This document shows, in pieces, positions 14,061-25,650 of a DNA stretch of 64,000 nt. A model generated the notes under the pieces. It made no database searches, was not told the DNA's origin, and saw only the letters and a list, made by a program, of their open reading frames with translations. The DNA lies in contig JBHGNT010000009.1 of the NCBI GenBank assembly GCA_043228905.1, positions 21,824,001-21,888,000 of the forward strand, given 5' to 3'. This stretch comes from Azolla caroliniana (taxonomy: Eukaryota; Plantae; Polypodiophyta). The translations under genes were made by a program, and so were the position numbers. Positions within the stretch are counted from its first letter, which is position 1. Every line of letters starts with the position of its first letter.

Positions 14061-17000
14061 CTATGTAATCGGCGGGGGAAACAACCATTTCGGTGGCTGA
14101 AAATGCCAATAAGGAGTAGTGTACCTGGATGTCACAAATGGAGTAGTTGTCCAGATAATAAGAAACTCATGCCGTTGAGCAATTTTAGCATCAGAATCTC
14201 CCACTATACCATCCCATTGACCCTTCAAAGCATGAACTATCTCTAACCAAATATTTGAAATCACTTCAGCAGGTGGTGTTTTCAGATTATGGAAAACGAG
14301 AGAACACCGAGCTTTCCAAATGTGATAGACAGTGGTACTACTCAATATCTCCCATATTGGCTGAACTTCCTTCCTTACTCCTGAAAACTGTAATGACATC
14401 AGTGATAATGTACGAACACGTCCATTTTTAGTGTAAAACCCATGGTCCATAGATTCGATGCCATAATGGAACACATCACGGGCAAGTGATGTCCAAACGA
14501 CCATGCCCCAAGTGAGAACCAACGGGGGAAAATAATTAGCGAAAATTCTAAGGATCCGTTGCCATGTCTGTTGAGAATCAATGCATTCCCATAAACAATG
14601 TTTTTGAGTTTCCGTTTGTAAATGACATCGAGTACAACATGAAGACACTCCCATCCTATGCAACCATGTGCCAACCGGCAACGCCTTGTGTACAACTAAC
14701 CACTGTACATATAATATTTTGTGTTGCTGTTTTCTTGCCCATAAGATAGCCCAGAATTTTGCAAGGAATTGGGGAGTAATACCTTGTTGATTCCAATATT
14801 GAGATGCAGCTGGTACCACATCACGTGTATCTGAAAGTACATGTCTTCCCAACTGTACAGAATATTGGAAGAAATTGAACTTGTTACCCGTGTAAGGATC
14901 TGTCCAATGATAGTCAATTGGGTCCCAATCTAATCTGAATACCGGTCTTTTAGCTAACACCCACAGCTTCCAATGTGTCCTTATTTCCTCTATCATTGGA
15001 TCAATATACCATTTACGATCGGCATATCCAATTATCCTTATCTTGTGCTCAATGGCATAGGGGTAATCTATCACCATTTCCCCGGACTGAGACAATTGAT
15101 TTGTTTCATCCACCTCAAACAACCGGTATGTCTTATCATTTGAATAACCCTTAACAGCCAAGAGTACTTCCAATCTTGAAAAAACCCCAATCCATCTATG
15201 GTCAGTGTTATTGGGTGGTATGGGTTGTCTACTCATAGCTTCTTGAATTTGTTGGTACATTATATGTCCACCATGCATATTACGTAAGATTTCTTTTTGT
15301 TCTTCCAACGATCGCGATAAAAATTCTTTCCAAGTCTGAACTGTTTTCGCGGGACCTTCTGTCATTTTTCCCCACGATAACCATTGTCTAGAACCCAACA
15401 CAAAACCATCTGATGTTGTAAACAACGGGTTCCAAACTATCTTTTGTCTGAGATACTCAAGATAATGTTTGGGGTTCGGTTTATTGCGAAGCAAACCAGG
15501 TAGTACTTGTTTCCATGCTGCAAATAATGTCCTAATAAATTTGTCTTCCCATCTAGTGGCTGAAGGTACTCGGAAATTTTCCCTAAATATCCAATTCACA
15601 TCCTTCGACCAGGGAGCACCTAAGCGAGGAAAGCAATCTGAGCAACGGTCAAGCAATAATACTTTCCATATCTCTTGCCCCGGCATAAATCCTCTAACGA
15701 GCAACTTACTTAACAATGCTCTTGATTGGTCCACTGGATCAATAATACCTAATCCTCCTTTAGAGCGAGGTAAGGTAATAACATCCCATTTCACTTTGGA
15801 CCGAGCATTGCCTTCTGTTTTACCGGACCACAAGAAGTTACGAACCAATCTACGTATTTTCAGAATACATGACTTGGAGAATATCCAACATGACAAAACA
15901 TACCATGTTGAAGCCAATAAAACCTGATTAGCCACTACAATCTGACCAGCAAAAGATAGCTTGGTTGAACTCCATAACAACAACTTTTTCCGCAGTGACA
16001 ATAGGAGGGGTGCCACTTGATTTTCCATTGAAAGATCAATACCTATCGTACACCCTAAGTATCGAACTGGACAACCTGATGGTATCCATCGAAATTGCGG
16101 GTGTGGACTCCATAGAGGAGGCTCTACATCCCCCACCGAAAATGCAAAGGACTTGTTCCAATTAACCAGTGCACCCGAAGCCTTACAAAATGTGGATATG
16201 GCCAATTCTGTTTTCTGCAGATTTTCCAAATCACCTTTTAAATATAGGGCAGTGTCATCTGCAAATTCAGCGTCCCTTACTTCTATATGTGAGAATGGGA
16301 TGCGTATTCCGCGTATACCAATATCACCAGCATTCAAAAAGGAAATCATTGCCTCAGCAAAAAACAGAAACAAGAAAGGAGCTAAAGGACAACCCTGTCG
16401 AACTGATCGAGAAATAGTAAACAAAGGTCCATAATTCCCAACCAGTAAGACTCTGCTTTGTGCCGAATTATATAATGAAGAAATACCTTTTATCCATTCT
16501 TTCGAGAAACCAAAACGAGCCAGTACACCTTGTAAAAATTCCCAGTCAACACGGTCATAAGCTTTCTCAAAATCAAGCATAACAATGGCCAACTCTTGAT
16601 TAGATTTGGCTGCCAAGGCAGCAGATTCCCAAAATGTATACACATTATCCAATATGCTCATTTCCTGAATAAATCCTGTTTGCGACGGATGTATAACTAT
16701 AGGCATTATAGTACCAAGTCTTATACTAAGCGCTTTAGCTAGGATTTTATACACCGTATTCAGTAATGTAATTGGGCGCCATTTCTTGATGTCCAATGAA
16801 GGACCTTCTGATTTAGGGATAAGGTAAATTATTCCTTCTGTAAAATGTGAAGGCATAGTGCCCTCTCGAAGAATTTGTTGGAATGCTGTACATAAATCTG
16901 ATTTAAACAAGTCCCAATATTTAATGAAAAATGATGGGGTTAATCCATCCATACCTGGACAACTATTCTTAGGCAAAGCTTGGAGTGCTTCACTCAATTC

Positions 17001-18404
17001 CTCATGAGTAAGAACGTCTTGAAGACCGGCATTCATACCCTGTGTTATTCTTGAACTCATTTTATTCCATACACAAGACCGACTTATTAAATCCTCATCG
17101 GAGAATGAAATAGCTGATAGTAGGCTGGAATAGTATCGTGTGGCTATTTCTCTCATCACTTTAGGGTCAGATGAGATTGTCCCATTCTCATCTTGTAGTT
17201 GTTTGATTGAAACCGCATTATGATTGGGTCTCATTGCATGAAAAAATTCAGTTGTACATTTATCACCCATTTGGGTCCAACTAGATGCCCTATTATGGTA
17301 TTGAAATTCTGCACGCTTTTCTAATAGTACAGCAAGTTCTTGTTTTGCTGACCCAATTTTCTCAGCAATCCAAGTACAGTGTGGATAACGTTCTTGTAAT
17401 CGTTGTAGAGAAACAAGAGAAGTACGAGACCATTTCTCCTTTTCTTGGATCATAGAGAACCTCTCCTTAGATTTACCCCTAAAAAATTCTGAAATACATC
17501 GTAAGCCATTAGCTACCCGCACCGCCATTGATTCCTGTACAACATCCTTTTGTGACCATAATTGAGCCACTTGTAAGGAAAAGCTATTGTCTAACAGCAG
17601 ATTTTCAGGAATCTTCATATTGGAGAATTCTTTAAGGTTTTGGGTTGATATTGAAAGAATCACTGGAGCATGATCAGAGAAGGTAGTCCCTGGCATTATA
17701 TGTATTGTACCAGTTGCTGAAATAAATTTGCCAGATACATAGAATCTATCCAATCGAGCTAAGTTAGTACCATTTACACGTCTATCTTATCTTGAAAATA
17801 AAAGAGAGGTATTTGTATGAACCATCGAAGGAGCATGCCAAGCATCTAAAATTTGTAAGGAGAACACCAATTGTTCCCACATTGCTAATTCATGGCCATG
17901 TATCGTAGTTGAGCTACCTCCCATTCTATCAATGGGGTCCTCAAGCATATTGAAGTCACCAGCGATACACCAATGATCAAGGGGAGGCAGATGCTCTAAT
18001 AATTCTTTCCAAAATTGTTGCCTAGCAGAAGCAGTATTAGGAGCATATATATTCAAGAGTCCCCATATAATCTCCCCCTCTTGCATAATAACATATTGAG
18101 CCCTTCCAGGAATGATCACTTGTTTTTGTATAATGGATGGAATCCACCTCTGAGAAATAGCCATACAAACCCCACCACGGACTTCCGTGTTGCCTATCGC
18201 GGGGGACCAAAACATGTCCCAATTTCCAGATAAAATAGAACCATACCGAGAAATTCTAAAAGTATTTAAATGATGTTCTTGTATTAAAAGAAAGTCAAGG
18301 GATCCACCCACTATGCATTTGTTAATTTCTTGACGGAGACGATACTTGTATCGTCTATATAAGGGGCCCCCTAACCCCTGAACATTTCATGACATCACTC
18401 GCAT
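14061..18404 (-). pseudogene. LINE ORF2p (APE endonuclease, reverse transcriptase, zf-RVT), 1447 codons with two in-frame premature stops
   Basis: Starts MRVMS*NVQGLG (TGA at 18387-18389 where W is expected). Endonuclease motifs LIQEH, NIYAP, GDFN, LDRFY and SDHAP; second stop TAA at 17787-17789. RT motifs WRPITLLN, LDFEKAYDRV, RQGCPLAP and FADD; zf CTRCHLQTETQKHCLWEC. No frameshifts. Confidence 0.95.
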
Positions 18405-20204
18405 TTAAGGGAACTTAGGTTGCTGTGATGCCATTTTCATGTTTTTCGCTAACGGCTCAAGATTGGCCTCACTACCATCTTGTTCACCACTTTTCGATTG
18501 TAAAGGTATCGTATCGCGTACCATTCTATAATGATGATGAGCTTTAGCCAATATTTGACCTTCCGATAGTCCATCTTCATGGATATAGGTATATCCACAA
18601 TTTGGAAGGATCTCAGCATCTAAGGATACCACCACTTGCCTTCGCCCCATCACATCAGACACTGGCAAGAGTTGTATAGTTGCTGCCTCTAGTCCCCTTA
18701 ATAATACTTCCCCAAAATTGTCACAATTAACATATTTTGCGAAGTGTAGTGTTTGTTGTCTAATAACCAATCTAACATCCGCTGCCACCCATGTTTGTTT
18801 ATCATATCCACAAAAAGGGAAAGAAAATCCTACAAAAGATTGCATAGTCTTGAAAAGAACATGAACACGTATTGATGCACTGCCATTATCAACTATGTCT
18901 CCCAAAAATTTCAAAAACTCAAACCCATATGTGGCATTCCATCGATTGATTGCAAAATCACTAGTACTTTCTACTTGAGAATTTATCGGGATTGTGCGAA
19001 TGAAGTTCGCATTTAACCCTCTCAAGCTAGACGAACGTTTTGTAGATCTGTGAAGGTTTCGCGATACATTACTCAAGTTCAAATGTTGTTTACTTGATTC
19101 CATTGTTTTGCTCTGAGTGGCCATAACAAGATTATTAATTGATTCAGTCCCTTCTCTATTAGGAGTAGATTGTTCAGAAACATTACTAATTTGGCATATC
19201 TGAACATCATTTTGAGACAAAGAGTTATCTAGTTCCTGTATGGCATCATAACGGCCTATACTTACGTGAGCACCCTTAGATTCAATGCATTTATTGGGTA
19301 TTGAGTGCCGTTTTTCAATTGGTTTCCATATCTCATCCTCGAATGTTTGGATATTTTTCCCTTTTTCATCCTTGGATGGCTGAACATTTTTCCCCTTTCC
19401 TCTTCCTCCACCTAAATGAGATTGTTGCTTCTTATCCAGATTAACATGGTTAACGTCTGTATACACGTTATTTGTACCATTCTGGGGTCTAACCCCGTTC
19501 TTCTTTTTTGGGCAATCTTTCAAAACATGGCCTTGCTGTTTACAATAAAAGCATTGTCCAGGCATACCTATATACTCCAATTTTTGCATGAATGTCGAGT
19601 TCCCGGTAAGCGATGGTAAAAGTACCTGAGTAGGTAAATTTTCTATTGAGGAAACTAGTATTCGAATTGATGGGTATCCCGTTAATTTCATTCCTATTGT
19701 CTCCTCTCGAGGAGGAAGAATCGTGCCGATTCTTGCTGCAATTGATGGGAGTACAGCCATGTATTCCTTAGGGATTCTCGGGAAAACCACGGAAATCGGG
19801 GTCAAACGATGCCCCGAATTCAACATTTCGACGGGATCAAAGCCCGGTTTCCACGGCATAAAACAAGCTATTGCATTTCGAATGTTAATCGTATTTGCAT
19901 TCAACATTACCACAACGGATTCAGCGGTATCCAATTCTAAATGATAGAAAGCATGTCCAAGAAATTGCACATCGACGATTTTTCCGATCCTATGTTGGAA
20001 AGCCGCTTGTAGGAGATCTCTCAAATCTCCTCTATCTGGCCTTAAACCTATAATCCTACACACTATTGAGTAGGAATGTAGACGACTTACCTCTCTTTTC
20101 AATATCTCTTCTTCTTCCGGTGTGAAGACGACAGTGAAGGCCGACCGTGGAGGAGTTGTCGGGGGCGCTGCGTGAGAGTTCCCTTGGTGTACCATGTCAG
20201 CCAT
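18405..20204 (-). CDS. LINE ORF1p (DUF4283/RRM-like region, CCHC zinc knuckle, unassigned C-terminal domain), about 599 aa
   Basis: Uninterrupted ORF with zinc knuckle CFYCKQQGHVLKDC. The first ATG inside the element is at 20204 (MADMVHQ...); the tracker's ATG at 20270 lies in the TSD. Confidence 0.9.
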   Translation of the reverse strand: MADMVHQGNSHAAPPTTPPRSAFTVVFTPEEEEILKREVSRLHSYSIVCRIIGLRPDRGDLRDLLQAAFQHRIGKIVDVQFLGHAFYHLELDTAESVVVMLNANTINIRNAIACFMPWKPGFDPVEMLNSGHRLTPISVVFPRIPKEYMAVLPSIAARIGTILPPREETIGMKLTGYPSIRILVSSIENLPTQVLLPSLTGNSTFMQKLEYIGMPGQCFYCKQQGHVLKDCPKKKNGVRPQNGTNNVYTDVNHVNLDKKQQSHLGGGRGKGKNVQPSKDEKGKNIQTFEDEIWKPIEKRHSIPNKCIESKGAHVSIGRYDAIQELDNSLSQNDVQICQISNVSEQSTPNREGTESINNLVMATQSKTMESSKQHLNLSNVSRNLHRSTKRSSSLRGLNANFIRTIPINSQVESTSDFAINRWNATYGFEFLKFLGDIVDNGSASIRVHVLFKTMQSFVGFSFPFCGYDKQTWVAADVRLVIRQQTLHFAKYVNCDNFGEVLLRGLEAATIQLLPVSDVMGRRQVVVSLDAEILPNCGYTYIHEDGLSEGQILAKAHHHYRMVRDTIPLQSKSGEQDGSEANLEPLAKNMKMASQQPKFP

Positions 20205-20479
20205 CTCTTCCTCTTCGTCTACAGTGATCTGCGCAACATTCTCTTCATCCTTCGTTTTCCCCATATACATACGTTATTATTTGTATAATACATACAATAT
20301 ATACATTATGATTATATTACGTGTGTAAATGGACCCTCTCCAAACTCCTCATTCATTCATTCATTCATTCATTCATTCATTCATCAACAACAAGGAAAAA
20401 CCTTCGATCACATCCACTCAAACCTCAAACCTCTCATGCTCCAACCATCATTCCATCCGTAACTTCGAACTCGCTCGAT

Positions 20480-20652
20480 AAGAATGTATGCATGCCTCAC
20501 CCATGTATCGAATGGTTCCTTTGATTGAGCAAGAGTGTCTTGGTCGCCAACCTATATAGCTCAACAAGATAAGAATGTACGCGTGCCTCACCCATGTATC
20601 AGGGGTTCCTTTGATTGCAACGGAGTGGCATGGTCGCCAAACTATAGCTCAA
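20480..20652. repeat. Imperfect approx. 90-bp tandem duplication, downstream of a (TTCA)n microsatellite at about 20349-20384
   Basis: aagaatgta..tgcctcacccatgtatc...ggttcctttgattg...tggtcgccaa.ctata..gctcaa occurs twice. Confidence 0.8.
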
Positions 20653-20659
20653 ATAATAA

Positions 20660-21351
20660 CGATCATGTTTATTGTTGGATGCCTTTGTAAAGAGACGAGT
20701 GTTCCAAGTTATTGCTTGTATGTTTAGGGATTGCAATTTTTTGTGGGGTATGGTAGTATGGGCTACAGTGGCACAAGTGATGTGGCCATATGAGGCATGC
20801 CCAAATGACACGATTATTAGAATTCAAAGAGGAATGATAATGGTGGTGCAACGAAGTCAAATGGAGGCTCCTTACATGTTAAAGACAATGCAAGAAGTAT
20901 GGGAGCTACTATGCACCACCACAATGTGGTTTATTTTAACTACTAGGTGTTCTAAGGTGTTTGGTAATACTACTGTTCATCCGGTGGAAAGTGTACGAAA
21001 TGTCTGGATGGAGATGGTACATACCTTGAAAGGGCGGTATGAGGATATTAAAGGTGAGACGGATGTTGCAGTGTTGCAACGTCTCAAATTTATTGCCTAT
21101 TGGAAGAAGGCCCCTTTTCTCACAGTACAAAATTCAAGACCTAAATGGTGCTTAGCACCACCAGTATGGTTGTTCCCACCACCAATCACATAACTTGGTT
21201 AAGGAGTGGTGGAGTGTTCATACTATTTATCCTTGAGGGATGGGACCTAAGGAAGAATGCACCAGATCAATGGTAACTTGATGGTAGGTCAGTTTGTATT
21301 GTAATAATTGTTCATAACTAATGAAAGGATATTTTTCCAGGGAAAAAAAAA
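20660..21351 (+). mobile_element. 5'-truncated L1-clade LINE 3' end
   Basis: ORF 20672-21193 ends PPVWLFPPPIT*, the same terminus as ORF 14061; poly(A) at 21343-21351. Confidence 0.9.
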
Positions 21352-21624
21352 GTGTAGCTTGTTGATCTATAACAACCTTATTTCGATACCTTCAAATCGG
21401 GATCCTAAGAGTTGCGTCATTGTCCCTTAGCCAAATAATATCATTTGTTTCGTGAATGTCAAGTGATGAATTAACGTCAATGCTCAAGCATAGATTTGTA
21501 TGCCTCGAAGGAATCATGAATGCTTGCTAAAGATTACTATTGTTGAAAGTAGGGTAATGGGAAATAGGCAAAGGCATGGAAGAGTGAAAACACAAAGCTC
21601 ATGTCGTGAAGCAAGTGGTATACA

Positions 21625-22114
21625 CAGGGGGAGTCTGGTAAAATAATGTTGAATATTTGTAAAAACTCATGGTGCATCAATCTAAGACTACATGAAATTT
21701 CTTGGAAAAATGTAAAAGAAATAGTCGTGCTTGTGAAAATGAAATAGATAGGCTACTTGAACACACCGAGAGGGTGTATGATGCCTCTATAGTGGGAAAA
21801 TGAGGTCATTTGAAATGCATATGGAGGATATGGTATTTTATTAGAAACAATAAAAGAGATGCCCACTTTCTCTAAAGGTTCCCGAGCTTAAAAGATACAA
21901 CATGTACTAGGTATGATTGTCATGTTCTCTCTTGTATCGTCATTGGTAGAGTTGTAATTCTCCTAATTGGTGGTTGTTGTAACCTCTAAGTGTCACCACA
22001 TTGGTGTAGTATTTACTTTCAATCTACTCTTTTTTTACCTTTATTCTATTTCAACTCCATGTATTAAGCACATTACTCCTCATAATAAGTAACTAAGCAT
22101 TTCATTTCATAACA
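21625..22114 (+). mobile_element. Possible Ty1/copia PPT and 3' LTR remnant
   Basis: Polypurine tract agggggag, then TGTTG at 21647; possible LTR end ...cataaCA at 22114. Confidence 0.35.
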
Positions 22115-22598
22115 AACTCCAACCCATGGGTGTCTTAGTCACCAGCTTCTAGTTATTTACTATCAATTGGCGGGCACCACCACCAACAATATACATGTAT
22201 CTCAATACGATCAATATGAACCTCGATTGTTTAACAAAAGACATCAACACCCATGACAAGAAACAAGAACAAGAACAAGAAAATACAAATAAAAGAATGA
22301 CCATGCTTTATTAATCAGCGATTAGCCATGCCAATACAAAGGAATAATGCAAAGCTTAAAGTAAACCAAAAGAAGAGAGAGGAAGAACATTTTTCACTTA
22401 TCATTTAAGAAGTAAGAAAAGGACACAGAAGTGGTTTTCGTCGCCTTTTCTTATGCCTCATTCATACTTATCTAGCCAAGGGACCCTTTATTCCTAGCTC
22501 CCACTAGTTTTTCATCTCTCCTTTATATTCTACATTTGGAGTTTTGTGCCAATGTCAATGCCATCAACAAGGTGTGGAGAGTGAAACATATGACTAGT

Positions 22599-25085
22599 TG
22601 TTAGCTAGTCGGCTACCGAAGTCGAACGGACGGAGTCAGACGAATGTGAAAAGGAGTCGTAGTCGAAGAAGTATGAACAATAGTCGAAAGTCGTATGAAT
22701 ATGAAAGGACAAAATTTAAATATAGTTTGAAATATAATTTTGCCAAGTATAAAAATTAGAGTAATATTAAGAAATAGAACGGTTTTGTATAATTGTAGGT
22801 ACAAGGCAAGTGTAAATCTTGGAGAGAGACTCTCGAGTCACCTATAAAAAGGGACCGAGAGCATTGCATTGGTATCGATCTATTTTGATTAATATAAGTT
22901 TTGGTAGTTAGAGTATCTGTTGTGTCGACTACTCTGTGTATTGTTTGTTGTGTCATATGTTCGAATTCAGCCTTTGCTGCACAGATGATATTATATCTAA
23001 TAGTCGATCAAAAGCGTATGTTTAATCATAATAACTAATCTTTGCAGACCTATTTTCTGGGTGTAGAACTAGGGTCGACCAACCCATCTCTCCACCACAA
23101 TCTTCTTGACCGAATGTTCGACCTATTGTGTCTGTCGGCTACAACTGTCAATTGTCAATAGAACAACACAATATTTTGGCGAATCCGGTGGGCTGTCAAT
23201 GCCGAATTGTTATATTTGTAGGAAGGATGGTCATTATGCAAATCAATGCCCAACAAAGGATAAGGGCAAGGCACCAAGAGTAAACATGGTAACTGCAGAG
23301 GTTCAACAAGTCACCACTCACAGTAAAGCTAAACAATCCGAGTGGGATGTACAGGAAGCAGTTCGGAAAGTAGCAAAGGAATGGGTCGAGGAAGCCAACA
23401 ACAACAATGTCGACAGAATGCTACAAGAGAGTAATGGCCCGAATGTCACATCAGACAAGTCAAGAAGTCGACATGAGGACATACCAACGGATACACCTGA
23501 CGAGGATGAAACATGGGAAGTCTTGGCCGACTCCCAGATATCATTACCATTGACTGGCTTACTGAAATTAGTTCCTCGGTTCACAGAAAAGGTGGCAACC
23601 ATTATCGCAAGAAAAGAGTTAGAAAATGTGTCGATGAATTTTACGAATCCAACAAAAGGACCGACAATTATGGACGAGCAAAGCCCTACGATCAAAGGTT
23701 ACAATCATTCAGGGTTAAGAAGTGTCGGGCAACATAGTCGATGGAGGATCATGAGTGAATGTTATTAACGAAACTACCTATGATCGCCTAGGCATCACCA
23801 CCTGGGAAGCATGTTCATTCTGGATACGAATGGCAAATACCAGTACGGTTCGACCAATAGGGTTGATCTGATAACTCGATATTGTCATTGGTGGCCATAC
23901 ATTTCAGATATCGGTGATCGTACTCCATTTAGATGCACAAGGAGTTTACCCTCTGTTACTAGGCCGACCATGGCTTCGCACTGCTAATATTAAAGAGAAT
24001 TGGCAGAAGAATATTCTAACATTCTTGAAGGGCAAAGCAAATATTCGAGTTTTGAGTTAGGAAAGGGGTCGCCACATCACAACAAGGTGTACCTTTGTAT
24101 GTTGAAGCTGTCAATATGACGGAGGGATTAAATGACGGGGAAGAAAATCAATATTTTGAGGACAATCCAAAAATTATTCCCTTATTTGAAATCAACATCG
24201 TCGAAGTACTCATGCCATATATTGGTGACGAAGCAAAGGAGGCTGATAATCCGGTCGATGAAAAAACTATCATGGAGGTCCATCATCAGCATGAAGCAAT
24301 GGCGAGAGAAATGTAAGTATCGCAACGCGTACATGCTTCTGCACTAGAGGAATTAAATCTGGCCGACAATGATATAGAGCTAAAAACAGTGTTGATAGCA
24401 AAAGAGATGCAGTTGGCCGACGAGACAAAGCTCGTTGAATTACTACAGAAATACTGAGATGTGTCTGCATGGTCGTTCGAAAATATGAAGGGACTAGATC
24501 CAGGCTTCTTTCAGCATCAAATTAATCTGCACAAAGATGCGAAGCCGGTGCAACAACGACGGTATCGACTAAATCCCAATTATGAAGTAAAGGTGAAAGA
24601 GGAAATTGACAAATTAGTGCGGGTCAGCTTCATCCGATTGGTCAAGAAAGCTACTTGGCTGAGCCCGATAGTCATGGTGCCCAAAAAGAATGACAAGATC
24701 AGGGTATGTGTCGATTATTGAAAACTCAATGCGGCCATAGTGACAGGTGCATTTTTGTTACCTTTCACATATGGAGTCCTGGAGCAGTGGATGGTCATGA
24801 AATATACAATTTCCTCGATGGATTCAGTGGATATAATCAGGTTCAGATGCATCCTAATGGCCAGGAAAAACAGCTTTTGTCACCGAATGGGGTGTATTTG
24901 TAGCAGTCATCATGATGTTCGATCTTAAAATGGCTCCGACAACATTTCAAAGAGTGATCATGGAAATATTTTCGGATTATATACCGGCATTTATGCAGGT
25001 ATTTATGGATGATTTTGCAATGTACAATCGGAGAACCGACCATTTTGAGCATCTCTGATTCTGTTTGGAGAGGTGTCGGGCTTCT
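22599..25085 (+). mobile_element. Truncated, internally deleted Ty3/gypsy (Tat/Athila-like) retrotransposon: 5' LTR, PBS, zinc knuckle, protease, partial RT
   Basis: LTR TGTTAG(22599)...ACACA(23170) with TATAAA at about 22843; PBS-like TGGCGAATCCGGTGGG at 23177-23192; CYICRKDGHYANQC; protease IVDGGS; RT motifs WLSPIVMVPKKNDKIRVCVDY, FLDGFSGYNQV and VFMDDF; several stops and frameshifts. Confidence 0.9.
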
Positions 25086-25134
25086 TGTCAAAGAAAGAGG
25101 AGAAGCAAAATAACTTTTATTGATAATTCCTAGA

Positions 25135-25231
25135 TGATTACAATAGTATTTCTTTCCTTTATGATTACAATAGTATTTCATGTCAACTGATTACAATAGT
25201 ATTTCATGTCAATTGATTACAATAGTATTTC
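25135..25231. repeat. Minisatellite, 4 x 26-27 bp (core tgattacaatagtatttc)
   Basis: Core starts at 25135, 25162, 25188 and 25214. Confidence 0.9.
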
Positions 25232-25339
25232 ACGTCTATATTCCCCCTTGATAAGATTACTCACCCCCCCTTTTATACATGAGAAAGATAGATGCACGAG
25301 TGCCAAGTGTCACCCATACATAAGAGGCACCTACATTAG

Positions 25340-25650
25340 TGGGTAATAGCTTTAATAGCTAAAATACCTAATAGTGATAATAACAAAATTGTGTTTTGAA
25401 TAAGTATGTAGCTTTAAAAGTGGGTAATAGCTCTAATAGCTAATATGATAATGATAATAGCAAAATGTGGTGATAATAGGTATTTAGCTTTAAAAATGGG
25501 TAATAGCTTTAATGGCTAAAATACCTTATAGTGATAATTATTAATAGCAAAATGTGCTTTGAATAGGTATTTAGCTTTTTGATATTATGTGATAGTGGGC
25601 AATAGCTTTATTAGCTAAAATACCTGAGAATAGGTATTTAGCTTTAAAAT
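25340..25650. repeat. Degenerate direct and inverted repeat cluster (gtgggtaatagctttaatagctaaaatacc / aggtatttagcttt)
   Basis: The motif recurs several times in both orientations; probably transposon subterminal DNA. Confidence 0.6.

Larger units (their letters stand above)
13998..20261 (-). mobile_element. Full-length L1-clade LINE (about 6.26 kb) with 17-bp TSD
   Basis: Identical flanking direct repeat catatacatacgttatt at 13981-13997 and 20262-20278; the element starts GGGAAAACG on the minus strand and ends in an (AAAAT)n tail; it contains ORF1 and an EN-RT-zf ORF2. Confidence 0.97.

Noticed and set aside
14399-16434. Short alternative-frame or antisense ORFs within LINE ORF2 (likewise within DUF538, BZW, PPR and NEDD1)
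   Set aside because: Shadow ORFs of real coding sequence with no independent motifs.
20205-20270. ORF1 start at 20270 as given by the ORF track
   Set aside because: That ATG lies inside the target-site duplication (host DNA); the element's first ATG is at 20204.
25135-25231. CRISPR-like repeat-spacer pattern
   Set aside because: The spacers are only 8-9 bp and similar to one another, there are no cas genes and the context is eukaryotic; this is a minisatellite.
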